Source of the DNA: Escherichia phage MN04
Direction: 5' to 3' (one strand)
DNA length: 64,000 bases
Sequence record: MT129654.1
Below, piece by piece: positions 37,979-50,494 of the stretch (the first letter of the stretch is position 1; each line of letters starts with the position of its first letter). The position numbers were made by a program, and so were the translations under genes. The notes under the pieces are model-generated. The model ran no database searches, was not told the origin of the DNA, and saw only the letters and a list, made by a program, of their open reading frames with translations.

Positions 37979-38218
37979 ATGAAATTACAACGTGAATCAA
38001 TTAAAGATTCTGAAGTTAAAGGCAAATGGTACTTCACAATCCAAGGTAACAATCCGGAAGCTCTGGAAAAAGCCGAACAAGCTTTGTGTGAAATGGGCTG
38101 GAAAGATGAGTGTGATGGATGTCCTCTTTATGAAGATGGTAGCTCATCTGGTTTCTGGATTCACCATTCCGATGTTGATCAATTTAAAGCTGACTGGAAA
38201 GTCGCTAAGAAAGCATGA
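37979..38218 (+). CDS. Hypothetical protein
   Basis: 79-aa ORF, SD gaggag. Confidence 0.45.
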   Translation: MKLQRESIKDSEVKGKWYFTIQGNNPEALEKAEQALCEMGWKDECDGCPLYEDGSSSGFWIHHSDVDQFKADWKVAKKA

Positions 38219-38228
38219 GGAAAATATA

Positions 38229-38473
38229 ATGCAAATTACTATAAATTTAAAAGAGTTTACTGGTACTGAAGCAGAATTAGATAGACTTTATAATAATACA
38301 GCATATGACGAATCCTTTTGGGTCAGGGACCGTTATGAAAACCTCCATAAGGTGTCTTTGGCCTGGGAGCAAGGCCGTGGTAATAATTATCGTTTTGTTA
38401 AGGGTGATATTTCCTATTATAACCATCATGACATCATTTGGCCAAACGATATCACACATGTTGAGGTGCTATA

Positions 38474-38474
<1 letters not shown>
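38229..38474 (+). CDS. Hypothetical protein
   Basis: 81-aa ORF from ATG 38229 preceded by catgaggaaaatataatg. Confidence 0.4.
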
Positions 38475-39595
<1,121 letters not shown>

Positions 39596-39596
<1 letters not shown>

Positions 39597-40459
39597 TGAA
39601 ACAATACCAATTTTTAATTAAAGATATCCTGGAAAATGGCTACGAAACCGACGACCGTACCGGCACCGGTACAATTGCACTGTTCGGTACTAAATTACGT
39701 TTTGATTTAACTAAAGGCTTTCCTGCAGTAACAACTAAAAAATTAGCATGGAAAGCCTGTATTGCTGAGCTCCTTTGGTTCCTTTCAGGTTCAACTAACG
39801 TTAACGACCTTCGTTTCCGTACTCACGGTTCATTAATTGACGGTAAAACTATTTGGGACGAGAATTATGAAAATCAGGCCAAAGATTTAGGTTATCATAG
39901 CGGTGAACTCGGTCCTGTATATGGGAAACAATGGCGAGATTTTGGTGGTGTCGACCAGGTTGTAGAAATCATCGACCGTATTAAAAAGATGCCTAATGAC
40001 CGACGTCAAATCGTATCTGCATGGAACCCGGCTGAAATCAACCAGATGGCTCTTCCACCATGTCATTGTTTTTATCAGTTCAACGTTCGTAACGGCCATC
40101 TTGACCTCCAGTGGTACCAACGTTCGGTTGACGTGTTCTTAGGATTGCCATTTAATATCGCCTCTTACGCCGCTCTTGTGCATATTGTAGCTAAGATGTG
40201 TAATCTTATTCCGGGTGATTTAGTGTTCTCAGGCGGCAATACGCACATCTATTCTAACCACGTTGAACAATGCCAAGAAGTATTGCGGCGTGAACCTAAA
40301 GAGCTTTGTGAACTGGAAATACGGTATTGGCATAAAGATTTCCATGAGTGGACAACAGAACAACAGTTGGCTTGGGTTACCGGAATGATGTATCCTGAAG
40401 ACTTCGTTCTTAAAGGTTACGAATCACACCCTACTATTAAGGCTAAAATGGCTGTATGA
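39596..40459 (+). CDS. td: Thymidylate synthase, uninterrupted (no group I intron)
   Basis: 287 aa from ATG 39596 (MKQYQ...); active-site region ALPPCHCFYQF; continuous ORF, whereas T4 td carries an intron. Confidence 0.95.
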
Positions 40460-40520
40460 AAATTCAAATAATCTGTACTCTATTTTTGGTTATTATGGTC
40501 GGACTGAATTTGGTGCTATA

Positions 40521-40814
40521 ATGAGAGTCTGTAGAGTTGTTAACAAGTATAAAGAAGATTTTGATGTCAATATCCAGCGTGGAACTATGTGGGGTAATCC
40601 ATTTAAAGACGGTACCCGCGAGGAAAACATCAAGAACTTTAAAGAATACTTTATTGCTAAAATAAAATCGGGTGAAATTAAAAGAGAACATCTTGAAACC
40701 CTTAGAGGTATGCGAATAGCGTGTACCTGTAAACCTAAGGACTGTCATGGGGATGTGATAGCCCTGGTTGTTAACAAACTTTTCAAAGATACGTTCTCAT
40801 TAGAAGACCTATAA
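40521..40814 (+). CDS. Hypothetical Cys/His-containing small protein
   Basis: 97 aa; GNPF motif and CTCKPKDCHGD; unassigned. Confidence 0.4.
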   Translation: MRVCRVVNKYKEDFDVNIQRGTMWGNPFKDGTREENIKNFKEYFIAKIKSGEIKREHLETLRGMRIACTCKPKDCHGDVIALVVNKLFKDTFSLEDL

Positions 40815-40880
40815 ATATCAGTCCATGCTTAACAGGTTCTATGATAGAATAATTGTAGAACCTAACATATTGAGGAAATT

Positions 40881-43136
40881 ATGCAAGTACAAAAGAGTAG
40901 TGGTGTATCCCAAGATTTTGACGCACAAAAAATTATTAAAGTTCTGACTTGGGGCTGTGAAGGAACCCAAATCGACCCCTATGAATTATACGAAGAAATC
41001 AAAACCCACCTTCGTGATGGTATGACTACCAAAGATATCCAAAATCTGACTGTTAAGGTAGCGGCCAACCTTATCTCGGTTGAAGAGCCTGACTATCAGT
41101 ATGTTGCTGCAAAGCAATTGATGTTTGCACTGCGTAAAGAAGTTTATGGCCAGTTCGAACCACGTAGTTTTATCGACCATATTTCCTATTGTGTTAACGA
41201 AGGTAAATATGACCCTGAATTGTTGTCTCGTTATTCTGCAGAAGAAATTACTTTCTTAGAATCTCATATCAAGCATGAACGCGATTTCGAATTGACTTAT
41301 GCTGGCGCAATGCAGCTGAAAGAGAAATATCTGGTTAAAGATAAAACAACCGGTAAAATCTACGAAACTCCTCAGTTCGCTATCATGTGTATTGGTATGG
41401 CCTTACACCAAGACGAGCCGGGTAACCGTTTAGCACATATTATTCGTTTTTATGACGCTGTAAGTACTCGTCAGGTTTCGTTGCCTACTCCTATTATGGC
41501 TGGTGCACGTACTCCAACCCGTCAATTTAGTTCTTGTGTTGTTATTGAAGCAGGTGACTCACTGAAATCTATTAACAAAACTGCAAACTCAATAATTGAA
41601 TACATTTCTAAACGTGCAGGTATTGGTATCAACGTTGGTATGATTCGTGCTGAAGGTTCTCGTATTGGCATGGGTGAAGTCAAACATACTGGTGTTATTC
41701 CGTTCTGGAAACATTTCCAGACTGCTGTTAAATCATGTTCACAAGGTGGAATCCGTGGCGGCGCTGCTACTGCTTATTATCCTATTTGGCATTTGGAAGT
41801 TGAAAATCTGCTCGTTCTGAAAAACAACAAAGGTGTCGATGAAAACCGTATTCGTCATATGGACTACGGAATCCAGTTGAATGACCTTATGATGGGACGT
41901 TTCGGTAAAAATGATTACATTACCCTGTTTAGTCCTCATGAAATGGGTGGTGAGCTTTATTATTCTTATTTTGAAGACCAAGAACGTTTCCGTGAATTGT
42001 ATGAAGCGGCTGAAAAAGACTCTAGTATTCGTAAGAAACGTATTAAAGCACGCGACCTCTTCGAATTGTTTATGACCGAACGTTCAGGCACTGCACGAAT
42101 TTATCCTCAGTTTGTTGATAACACTAACAACTTCACACCATTTATTCGTGAAAAGGCTCCTATTCGCCAGAGTAACCTGTGTTGTGAAATTGCTATCCCG
42201 ACTACCGATGTTAACAGTCCTGATGCTGAAATCGGGTTGTGTACTCTGTCTGCATTCGTATTGGATAACTTTGATTGGCAAGACCAAGACAAAATCAACG
42301 AACTTGCTGAAGTACAGGTACGTGCACTTGATAACTTGTTAGACTACCAAGATTATCCTGTTCCTGAAGCTTTGAAGGCTAAGAAACGTCGTAACCTTGG
42401 CGTGGGTGTTACTAACTACGCAGCATGGCTGGCAAGCAACTTTGCTTCTTATGAAGACGCAAACGATTTAACTCACGAACTGTTTGAGAGATTACAGTAT
42501 GGACTTATCCGAGCATCAATCAAGTTGGCCGAAGAAAAAGGACCTTGCGAGTATTATTCAGACACTAAATGGTCTCGAGGCGAGCTTCCTATCGACTGGT
42601 ACAATAAAAAGATTGACCAAATCGCAGCCCCAAACTATGTTTGTGACTGGTCGTCGTTGCGGGAAGACTTGGCTAAACATGGCATCCGTAATAGCACATT
42701 ATCAGCACTTATGCCATGCGAGTCAAGCAGCCAGGTTTCCAACTCTACCAACGGTATCGAACCTCCGCGTGGTCCAGTAAGTATTAAAGAATCTAAAGAA
42801 GGTAACTTCCGACAGGTAGTTCCTAATGTAGAACATAACCAAGGCCTTTATGATTATGCTTGGAGCCTCGCTAAGAAAGGTAATAAACCTTATCTTACCC
42901 AAGTAGCAATTATGTTGAAATGGGTTTGCCAATCAGCATCAGCGAATACGTATTACGACCCTCAGAATTATGAGAAAGGAAAAGTTCCTATGTCAGTAAT
43001 GCTTGATGACCTGTTATATTTCTGGTACTTTGGTGGTAAGAACCTTTACTATCATAACACCCGTGATGGCTCTGGTACTGACGATTATGAAATCGAAACT
43101 CCTAAAGCCGATGATTGCGCAGCTTGTAAGCTTTAA
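40881..43136 (+). CDS. nrdA: Ribonucleotide reductase large subunit
   Basis: 751 aa; class Ia RNR size and T4 synteny td -> nrdA -> nrdB. Confidence 0.92.
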   Translation: MQVQKSSGVSQDFDAQKIIKVLTWGCEGTQIDPYELYEEIKTHLRDGMTTKDIQNLTVKVAANLISVEEPDYQYVAAKQLMFALRKEVYGQFEPRSFIDHISYCVNEGKYDPELLSRYSAEEITFLESHIKHERDFELTYAGAMQLKEKYLVKDKTTGKIYETPQFAIMCIGMALHQDEPGNRLAHIIRFYDAVSTRQVSLPTPIMAGARTPTRQFSSCVVIEAGDSLKSINKTANSIIEYISKRAGIGINVGMIRAEGSRIGMGEVKHTGVIPFWKHFQTAVKSCSQGGIRGGAATAYYPIWHLEVENLLVLKNNKGVDENRIRHMDYGIQLNDLMMGRFGKNDYITLFSPHEMGGELYYSYFEDQERFRELYEAAEKDSSIRKKRIKARDLFELFMTERSGTARIYPQFVDNTNNFTPFIREKAPIRQSNLCCEIAIPTTDVNSPDAEIGLCTLSAFVLDNFDWQDQDKINELAEVQVRALDNLLDYQDYPVPEALKAKKRRNLGVGVTNYAAWLASNFASYEDANDLTHELFERLQYGLIRASIKLAEEKGPCEYYSDTKWSRGELPIDWYNKKIDQIAAPNYVCDWSSLREDLAKHGIRNSTLSALMPCESSSQVSNSTNGIEPPRGPVSIKESKEGNFRQVVPNVEHNQGLYDYAWSLAKKGNKPYLTQVAIMLKWVCQSASANTYYDPQNYEKGKVPMSVMLDDLLYFWYFGGKNLYYHNTRDGSGTDDYEIETPKADDCAACKL

Positions 43137-43189
43137 TAAAATCTGATTATAATTGACTCATGGATGAGTCACTAACAAATGAGAATAAC

Positions 43190-44329
43190 ATGTCTACAGT
43201 TTTTAATACTACCCCAGTTGATGTTTTAGTCGAACCGATGTTCTTTGGTTCAGGATTGGGTATTGCTCGTTACGATATCCAACGTCATAAAGTATTCGAA
43301 GAGCTTTGTGAAAAGCAGTTGAGTTTCTTCTGGCGTCCAGAGGAAGTTAACTTGATGATGGATGCTGCCCAGTTTAATAAGCTTCCACAATTCCAACAAA
43401 ATATTTTTACCAATAACCTGAAGTATCAATCACTTCTGGATAGTATCCAGGGACGTGCGCCGTCTGCTGCACTCCAAGCCTTGATTTCAGACCCTAGCCT
43501 TGATACTTGGGTGGCTACATGGACCTTTAGTGAAACCATTCACTCTCGTTCGTATACCCATATCATGCGTAACCTTTATACAGACCCATCTAAGGTATTT
43601 GATGAAATTCTGTTAGATGAAGCTATCATGAAACGTGCTGAATCTATTGGTCGTTATTATGATGATGTTATTGAGAAAACCAGACTTTACCAGAATGCCT
43701 TAGAAGAATATCATGAGTTTAGCGAAGGCGTAAAACAGGCCAAATACGAACTAATGCGCTCTCTTTACCTCTGCCTGCATGTAATCAATGCATTGGAAGC
43801 TATTCGTTTTTACGTATCTTTCGCATGCACCTTTAACTTCCATAAGAATATGGAAATCATGGAAGGTAATGCTAAGATTATGAAGTTCATTGCACGTGAT
43901 GAACAGCTTCACCTTAAAGGCACCCAATATATTATTCGTCAACTCCAGCTTGGTACTGATGGTGATGAATGGGTTAAAATTGCTCAAGAGTGCGAACAAG
44001 AAGCAGTTGATATTTTCATGGAAGTTAACCGACAAGAAAAAGAGTGGGCTGCGCACCTGTTCAAAGACGGTACTTGCCCTGGATTAAATACTCAGAACAT
44101 GGGTGCTTTTGTCGATTACCTGACAGTTTCTCGTATGAAGCAATGTGGCTTACCATGTCCTATTACTGATGCTCCTACTCGCCATCCATATCCTTGGATT
44201 CGCGAATACCTGAACTCTGATGCTGTACAGGCTGCTCCTCAGGAAGTGGAAATCAGTTCTTACCTTGTAGCACAAATTGATAATGATGTCGATGAAAAAG
44301 TAATGGCGTCATACAAGAAATATTTTTAA
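43190..44329 (+). CDS. nrdB: Ribonucleotide reductase small subunit, uninterrupted (no group I intron)
   Basis: ATG 43190 (MSTVFNT..., track starts at upstream ATG 43160); di-iron/tyrosyl radical protein class; continuous ORF. Confidence 0.92.
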   Translation: MSTVFNTTPVDVLVEPMFFGSGLGIARYDIQRHKVFEELCEKQLSFFWRPEEVNLMMDAAQFNKLPQFQQNIFTNNLKYQSLLDSIQGRAPSAALQALISDPSLDTWVATWTFSETIHSRSYTHIMRNLYTDPSKVFDEILLDEAIMKRAESIGRYYDDVIEKTRLYQNALEEYHEFSEGVKQAKYELMRSLYLCLHVINALEAIRFYVSFACTFNFHKNMEIMEGNAKIMKFIARDEQLHLKGTQYIIRQLQLGTDGDEWVKIAQECEQEAVDIFMEVNRQEKEWAAHLFKDGTCPGLNTQNMGAFVDYLTVSRMKQCGLPCPITDAPTRHPYPWIREYLNSDAVQAAPQEVEISSYLVAQIDNDVDEKVMASYKKYF

Positions 44330-44356
44330 GGAATGGGGCTTCGGCCCCTTATTGCT

Positions 44357-44770
44357 ATGAAAGAAATCGCAGATGAATTTAGCTTTATCAAGTACGTTAC
44401 ACTGGAGCTCCAAACAGATGCTACTATAGCCCCTATCACGGTTCCAAACAAACAAAATGTCATATATGCTATAGCGGTTGATGATATACTAGTCTACATC
44501 GGGAAGACTAAAAATCTTCGTAAGCGCATCAACTACTACCGAACAGCTATTAATCGTAAGGACCAAACGTCGGATTCGACCAAGTCCATTCTGATTCATG
44601 AAGCATTAATGGCTGGTAAAAAGGTAGAGTTCTATGCTAGACAGTGCTTTAATCTGTCGATGACTAACGAACTTGGAACTATGTCAGTTGAGACCATGTC
44701 TCTTGAAGAGCCAATGTTCATAAAGAAATTTAATCCACCTTGGAATACCCAACATAGGATAAAGCAATGA
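44357..44770 (+). CDS. denA: Endonuclease II (GIY-YIG family)
   Basis: ATG 44357 (MKEIADEF...); VIYAIAVDDILVYIGKTKNLRKRINYYRTAINRKD GIY-YIG core matching T4 EndoII as remembered. Confidence 0.85.
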   Translation: MKEIADEFSFIKYVTLELQTDATIAPITVPNKQNVIYAIAVDDILVYIGKTKNLRKRINYYRTAINRKDQTSDSTKSILIHEALMAGKKVEFYARQCFNLSMTNELGTMSVETMSLEEPMFIKKFNPPWNTQHRIKQ

Positions 44771-45915
44771 TTGAATTATATGATAACTTGATGACTTTGG
44801 TTAAAAACTCGACTAAATCTAAGTTCTTCTTTAAAGACTTCCAGAGTGCTCTAGGAGTCAACTATCGCATCTTTAGTTATAACTATGCATCGTACAGCGA
44901 TTGGTTGGAAGACGGCGCGCTAGAGTGCCGAGGCATTATGTTTGAAATGGACGAGAACGGTCCTGTACGTATCGCTGCTCGTCCTATGCAAAAGTTCTTT
45001 AATCTCGATGAAAATCCATTGACTATTGGTTTGGATTTATCACAAGAAAATATCGACCTCGTAATGGCTAAGGAAGATGGTTCCTTGATTTCTACTTTCA
45101 TGGACAGACAATATCTTTCTGTTAAATCTAAAGGCTCTATCCATTCGTCGATGGTACATGATTCTTTACGTTTCCTTCGACTCCCTGAAAACGAGGCCTT
45201 CGCTGCTCGTTTAGAAGAAATTACTAAAGCAGGCTATACATGTAACCTCGAGTATGTTTCGCCTACTAACCGTATTGTGCTGGCTTACCAAGAAACAAAC
45301 CTTATCTTACTGAACGTTCGTAATAACGAAACGGGTGAGTATATCCCTTACGCTGAACTGTTTAAAGATGGCGCTCTGCGTAAGCATTTGGTTAAAAGCT
45401 ATGAACTCGCCGAAGGTGATTTTGTTGACAATATCCGTAAACAAGAGGGTATTGAAGGCTTTATCTTTGTACTTAAAGATGGCACGTTCTTTAAACTCAA
45501 AACCGCTTGGTATAGCGCACTGCATCATACCAAAGATTCCATTAACAATAACGAACGTTTATTTGAAGTTGTAGTGGCTGGTGGAACCGATGACCTCCGA
45601 GGTTTGTTCAGCACTGATTCATTTGCTATCGAGAAAATCAATGCATTTGAACGTACCCATTTAGACTACTTAGAACAGTCCTTGGCTTTGTTAGAAGCAG
45701 CATATTCCCAGCTCAAAGGCCGCGACCGTAAAGACTACGCTGTTACTGGTCAGTTAATCCTCAAAGACTTCCCAGGGCTGTTCTCTATTCTTATGCAGGC
45801 GTACGTAGACGGTATTAATTATGATACGGTCGTGGACCAGATTAACTCTGTGTTCTTGAAAAATCATAAGGCCCAAATCCCTGAAAAATATTTGAAAGAA
45901 ATTGTAATAGAGTAG
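44767..45915 (+). CDS. rnlA: RNA ligase 1
   Basis: 382 aa; YRIFSYNYASYSDW, adenylation site KEDGSL; matches T4 gp63 as remembered. Confidence 0.9.
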   Translation: MIELYDNLMTLVKNSTKSKFFFKDFQSALGVNYRIFSYNYASYSDWLEDGALECRGIMFEMDENGPVRIAARPMQKFFNLDENPLTIGLDLSQENIDLVMAKEDGSLISTFMDRQYLSVKSKGSIHSSMVHDSLRFLRLPENEAFAARLEEITKAGYTCNLEYVSPTNRIVLAYQETNLILLNVRNNETGEYIPYAELFKDGALRKHLVKSYELAEGDFVDNIRKQEGIEGFIFVLKDGTFFKLKTAWYSALHHTKDSINNNERLFEVVVAGGTDDLRGLFSTDSFAIEKINAFERTHLDYLEQSLALLEAAYSQLKGRDRKDYAVTGQLILKDFPGLFSILMQAYVDGINYDTVVDQINSVFLKNHKAQIPEKYLKEIVIE

Positions 45916-45943
45916 TTTACATCTCCTCATGATGTGTTAGTAT
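45915..45943 (+). promoter_or_regulatory. T4-type early promoter embedded in a 9-bp inverted repeat
   Basis: GTTTAC 45915-45920, TAGTAT 45938-45943; arms tctcctcat (45922-45930) / atgaggaga (45958-45966). Confidence 0.55.
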
Positions 45944-45973
45944 AGACTTACCAACTAATGAGGAGAAAACAAA

Positions 45974-46474
45974 ATGAATATGCAAATGATTACCAACGAA
46001 ATGGTTGTTAAAGCTTTTGGTGACTCTACTGACGGTATCCAAGTTTTTAAAGGTTCTCGTGCAGTAGGTTATCTAACCGATCTTCGTGTTACTTTAGCTA
46101 AAAATGCTAAAAAGAAAATTAAGCAAAAAGAATACTCTACCCGTTATGCAGAAGAAAAGCGTGAAGCCATGCCCGAAGCTGTTAACTCTATGGTTGAGTT
46201 TCTCCAAAACAACCTTTCTAAGTATGATGCTGAGGTATTCATTAATATTAGCCAACCTAATGTCAAAATCGCAGGAATCACTTTCTATTTGATTTGCGAC
46301 CCATTAAGCGATAAGTTTAATCGCCTTGGCATTTCGAGCCCTTACCATACCGCTGAAGAATTGTGCGTGATGTTCGAAACGTATAAAATCCAGTGTGAAA
46401 ACCCTAAAACGGTTCTTATCAACTCCCTGTCACGTGATGACATCATCGAGATTATTACTAAATGTCTAAATTAA
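45974..46474 (+). CDS. Hypothetical protein (Alc position by synteny; T4 Alc is 167 aa)
   Basis: 166-aa ORF immediately downstream of rnlA. Confidence 0.45.
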   Translation: MNMQMITNEMVVKAFGDSTDGIQVFKGSRAVGYLTDLRVTLAKNAKKKIKQKEYSTRYAEEKREAMPEAVNSMVEFLQNNLSKYDAEVFINISQPNVKIAGITFYLICDPLSDKFNRLGISSPYHTAEELCVMFETYKIQCENPKTVLINSLSRDDIIEIITKCLN

Positions 46475-46815
46475 GTATTTACCTTTTAGCTGGAGCCATT
46501 GCAGTAGGTGCTTACGGTTTTATTTCGTATCAATCGAGCCGTATTGATACATTAACCGAAGAACTGAAAACAACCCAGCAAACGGCTAAACAGAACGCTG
46601 AAGCTGTAGAGGACCTTCGTGGTCAATACTCTGATATTGAATTCCGTACTACTGAAATGAATGCCCGAATGGATAAAATTAAGGCAGAAAATGAAAAGCT
46701 CCGTAAAGATTCGAAGAAGGCGCACGTGGTGGCAAGTAAGCCAGGATTGGTCGAAAAACAAATCAACAAGTCCTTCGATTCCTTTACCCAAGACTTCAGG
46801 AGCATCACAGAATGA
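46462..46815 (+). CDS. Hypothetical membrane-anchored coiled-coil protein
   Basis: 117 aa; N-terminal TM segment then charged helical region. Confidence 0.4.
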   Translation: MSKLSIYLLAGAIAVGAYGFISYQSSRIDTLTEELKTTQQTAKQNAEAVEDLRGQYSDIEFRTTEMNARMDKIKAENEKLRKDSKKAHVVASKPGLVEKQINKSFDSFTQDFRSITE

Positions 46816-47102
46816 TTAAATTGACTGCTGTAATGTTATCTATTGGCTTGTTAGTTGGGTGTGCCCAGGATGTTCCTGTAGCGCCTAAACAACAACTCCA
46901 CCCTTCATGGCCGCAACCTATTGCCGAACATAATGTTAAATGGCAGGTTAAGGTAATCGACGGTAAGGCCTGGGTTGGTATGCCATTTGAAGACTCGCAA
47001 GAACACCGAATTTGGTTGAACGACGTAAAAAGATATGTACAAGACCAGAAATCTATGTTATGTTATTATCGTTCTGGACTAAAAGAGGAGAAGTGCAAAT
47101 GA
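46812..47102 (+). CDS. Putative lipoprotein
   Basis: 96 aa; signal peptide with lipobox LVGC (MIKLTAVMLSIGLLVGCAQD). Confidence 0.45.
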   Translation: MIKLTAVMLSIGLLVGCAQDVPVAPKQQLHPSWPQPIAEHNVKWQVKVIDGKAWVGMPFEDSQEHRIWLNDVKRYVQDQKSMLCYYRSGLKEEKCK

Positions 47103-47205
47103 TTGAAGCCTGTATCGATGGGTGGGATGTTTTTAAATTCGGTGCTGCATGTTTTTGCTTTGGCATCGTGTTCAGCCTGTGTATGAATGGTATTTTTGGG
47201 AAGTA

Positions 47206-47235
47206 GTTTACAAACTCTTGGGAGCAGAGTATAAT
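47206..47235 (+). promoter_or_regulatory. T4-type early promoter
   Basis: GTTTAC 47206-47211, 18-nt spacer, TATAAT 47230-47235. Confidence 0.55.
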
Positions 47236-47269
47236 GCTCCTACGGATTATAAAAATTGAGGAAATTATT

Positions 47270-47748
47270 ATGACTTTACGTGATAACAGTTTTGTAGCTA
47301 AGCCTGAATACATTTCAGGTGTTAAATCGCCCGCATTACAAAAGCTCCTAAAACTAGGGTCCTGTGCAAGTACACCACTTGAAAAGAAGGCAACTTTCGA
47401 TTTTGCTTGGGCTATTGTGGACGGTATTGATGTAGTAAGACAGGTAACTTTTTATGCTCCAGGGTCTATTGAGCCTTCGCAGATTATTAATTTGAATGGA
47501 AGTAATTATATTACCATCCAACAGTGGTATCGTATGATGCGCCCAGTTTGGGAATACCCTGAATTCATTGAAGAGTACAATGAAAAAGAACGTATTCGTG
47601 AATTGGTGAAAAGTTTTGAATACGCGGCTAAACGCCATGGCCAAATGCAATCCGCAGTAACTCTCGGCGATGTTCCTGAAAGTGTTGCTTATGAATCCGG
47701 TAAAACCCTTAAAACCTGCCGTGAAGAACTTTATAAGGAGCTTGGTGT

Positions 47749-47752
<4 letters not shown>
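47270..47752 (+). CDS. Hypothetical protein
   Basis: 160-aa ORF from ATG 47270 preceded by ttgaggaaattattatg. Confidence 0.45.
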
Positions 47753-48952
<1,200 letters not shown>

Positions 48953-48953
<1 letters not shown>

Positions 48954-49150
48954 TGAATAATATCGAAAAGATTTTTCGTACAATCGAAGAAATTGAAAAA
49001 CGTAAATGCTTTTTCTTCGGCGTGTGGCCTTTAACTGATGGACGTATTGGCCTGGATGTTATGGACTATAGAGATGAAGACAGGGTCGATGGTGGTATTT
49101 TTAAATCAGCGCCAGAACTCCTTGCCTTCTTGGAAAAACATTATGTATAA
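48953..49150 (+). CDS. Hypothetical small protein
   Basis: 65-aa ORF from ATG 48953. Confidence 0.35.
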
Positions 49151-49358
49151 CAAACACCATGAAGTTGAAGAAGAAGCTTATAAAGAGCTTCAGAAACTGG
49201 TAGGGCTTAATATGTCTCCTACCCTCATTAACTCTCTAGCAGCTCTCCGTAACGATTTGAATGAACGTTACAAAGGTGAGTACTATGTTGAGTTCGTTCC
49301 TCTGACTGAAGTCGTTGACCGGTTTATTGTTAACGTGAAGGTCCATACAGTACACTGA
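49143..49358 (+). CDS. Hypothetical small protein
   Basis: 71-aa ORF from ATG 49143 (ATGTATAA overlap with previous stop). Confidence 0.35.
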   Translation: MYNKHHEVEEEAYKELQKLVGLNMSPTLINSLAALRNDLNERYKGEYYVEFVPLTEVVDRFIVNVKVHTVH

Positions 49359-49365
49359 GGTAATT

Positions 49366-49644
49366 ATGTTCCCTACTTATTCTGAAATTGTTAAAGTAGT
49401 TTTTAGTCAGATTGTATCTGATTACCTATACGAACCTGTCGACACGTCGATTGAATTAAAAGTGCACGGACGTTTGTCTGCTATTCTGGAAATCATGTTC
49501 CCAGATGCAGTTGATGCAATCACTGTCCAACTCACGACTGGTGCAGCATTTGCAATTGTTCCATTTAAAATTGATGACCACATTTTGGCTATTTCATGCA
49601 AAATGGACTTCCAGAAACAAACGGTAGTTGTCGAAGCAATTTAA
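49366..49644 (+). CDS. Hypothetical protein
   Basis: 92-aa ORF. Confidence 0.4.
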   Translation: MFPTYSEIVKVVFSQIVSDYLYEPVDTSIELKVHGRLSAILEIMFPDAVDAITVQLTTGAAFAIVPFKIDDHILAISCKMDFQKQTVVVEAI

Positions 49645-49646
49645 GT

Positions 49647-49676
49647 GTTTACATCATGGTAGGACTGTGGTATAGT
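49647..49676 (+). promoter_or_regulatory. T4-type early promoter
   Basis: GTTTAC 49647-49652, TATAGT 49671-49676, palindrome ggtaggact / agtcctacc. Confidence 0.55.
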
Positions 49677-49706
49677 AGTCCTACCGAAACAAATGAGGAA
49701 ATCGAA

Positions 49707-50261
49707 ATGAGCAAGTTCTTTGAAGAGCGTAAGTTTTATAAGTTCGGTAGTGAATACACTAAAAACAAATTCACTAATAACGGCGCTTATGGCCTCAATA
49801 CAGCTTTTGCCAAGTATGTAGGTATGAATCCGTTTGAAGTTGAAATTGATTACCATAATGGGCGTGAACGTGTAAGCCGAATTCGTGTATATGACGAGAT
49901 GATGTTTGTCGACCCTAGCAAAATCACAGGTAATCCTGATGATGCAAATGCTGTTCTTTTTAATTCCTCAGGCTTTTTTGGCCATGAATTCGATTACTTT
50001 ATTGAAGTGGTACGTCCACTGGCCTCGGTGAGTATTCCTGAAAATGGTGGACCTAAACAGGTAAAAGCCACTGCGGATTGGAAAGTGCTTATCGTTAAAA
50101 ATGGTAAGATTGAAGTTCATTCTCGCCATAACACAAAGGAACAAGCCGATCGTCAGGCTGAAGAGCTTTTGACCAGTTCGTTCCAACAAGTGTGTTATAT
50201 TGTTAAAGGCGACGTTATTCAAGCTACCACTACCAAACAACTTAAGTTGGAGACCATCTAA
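49707..50261 (+). CDS. Hypothetical protein
   Basis: 184-aa ORF from ATG 49707 with SD gaggaaat. Confidence 0.45.
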   Translation: MSKFFEERKFYKFGSEYTKNKFTNNGAYGLNTAFAKYVGMNPFEVEIDYHNGRERVSRIRVYDEMMFVDPSKITGNPDDANAVLFNSSGFFGHEFDYFIEVVRPLASVSIPENGGPKQVKATADWKVLIVKNGKIEVHSRHNTKEQADRQAEELLTSSFQQVCYIVKGDVIQATTTKQLKLETI

Positions 50262-50494
50262 TGCTGAGCGAACAACCTATTACTGTAGAGCAGTTTCAAG
50301 TTAAAGTTAAAGAATTTGCTCAGGCCCTGATTAATAAGGTTTCTGTACGTTTTCCTGATGCGACTCTGCGAGTAATCCAGGAATCACCACGTGCGGTATT
50401 GGTTATCGTTAATCCTAAAAATGGCGGCCAGATTACCCAGTTAAAACTTGGTTCTGATGGTCTGGTCGAAGCGCAGCGAGTGTTCGTAGAATGA
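50261..50494 (+). CDS. Hypothetical protein
   Basis: 77-aa ORF. Confidence 0.4.
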   Translation: MLSEQPITVEQFQVKVKEFAQALINKVSVRFPDATLRVIQESPRAVLVIVNPKNGGQITQLKLGSDGLVEAQRVFVE

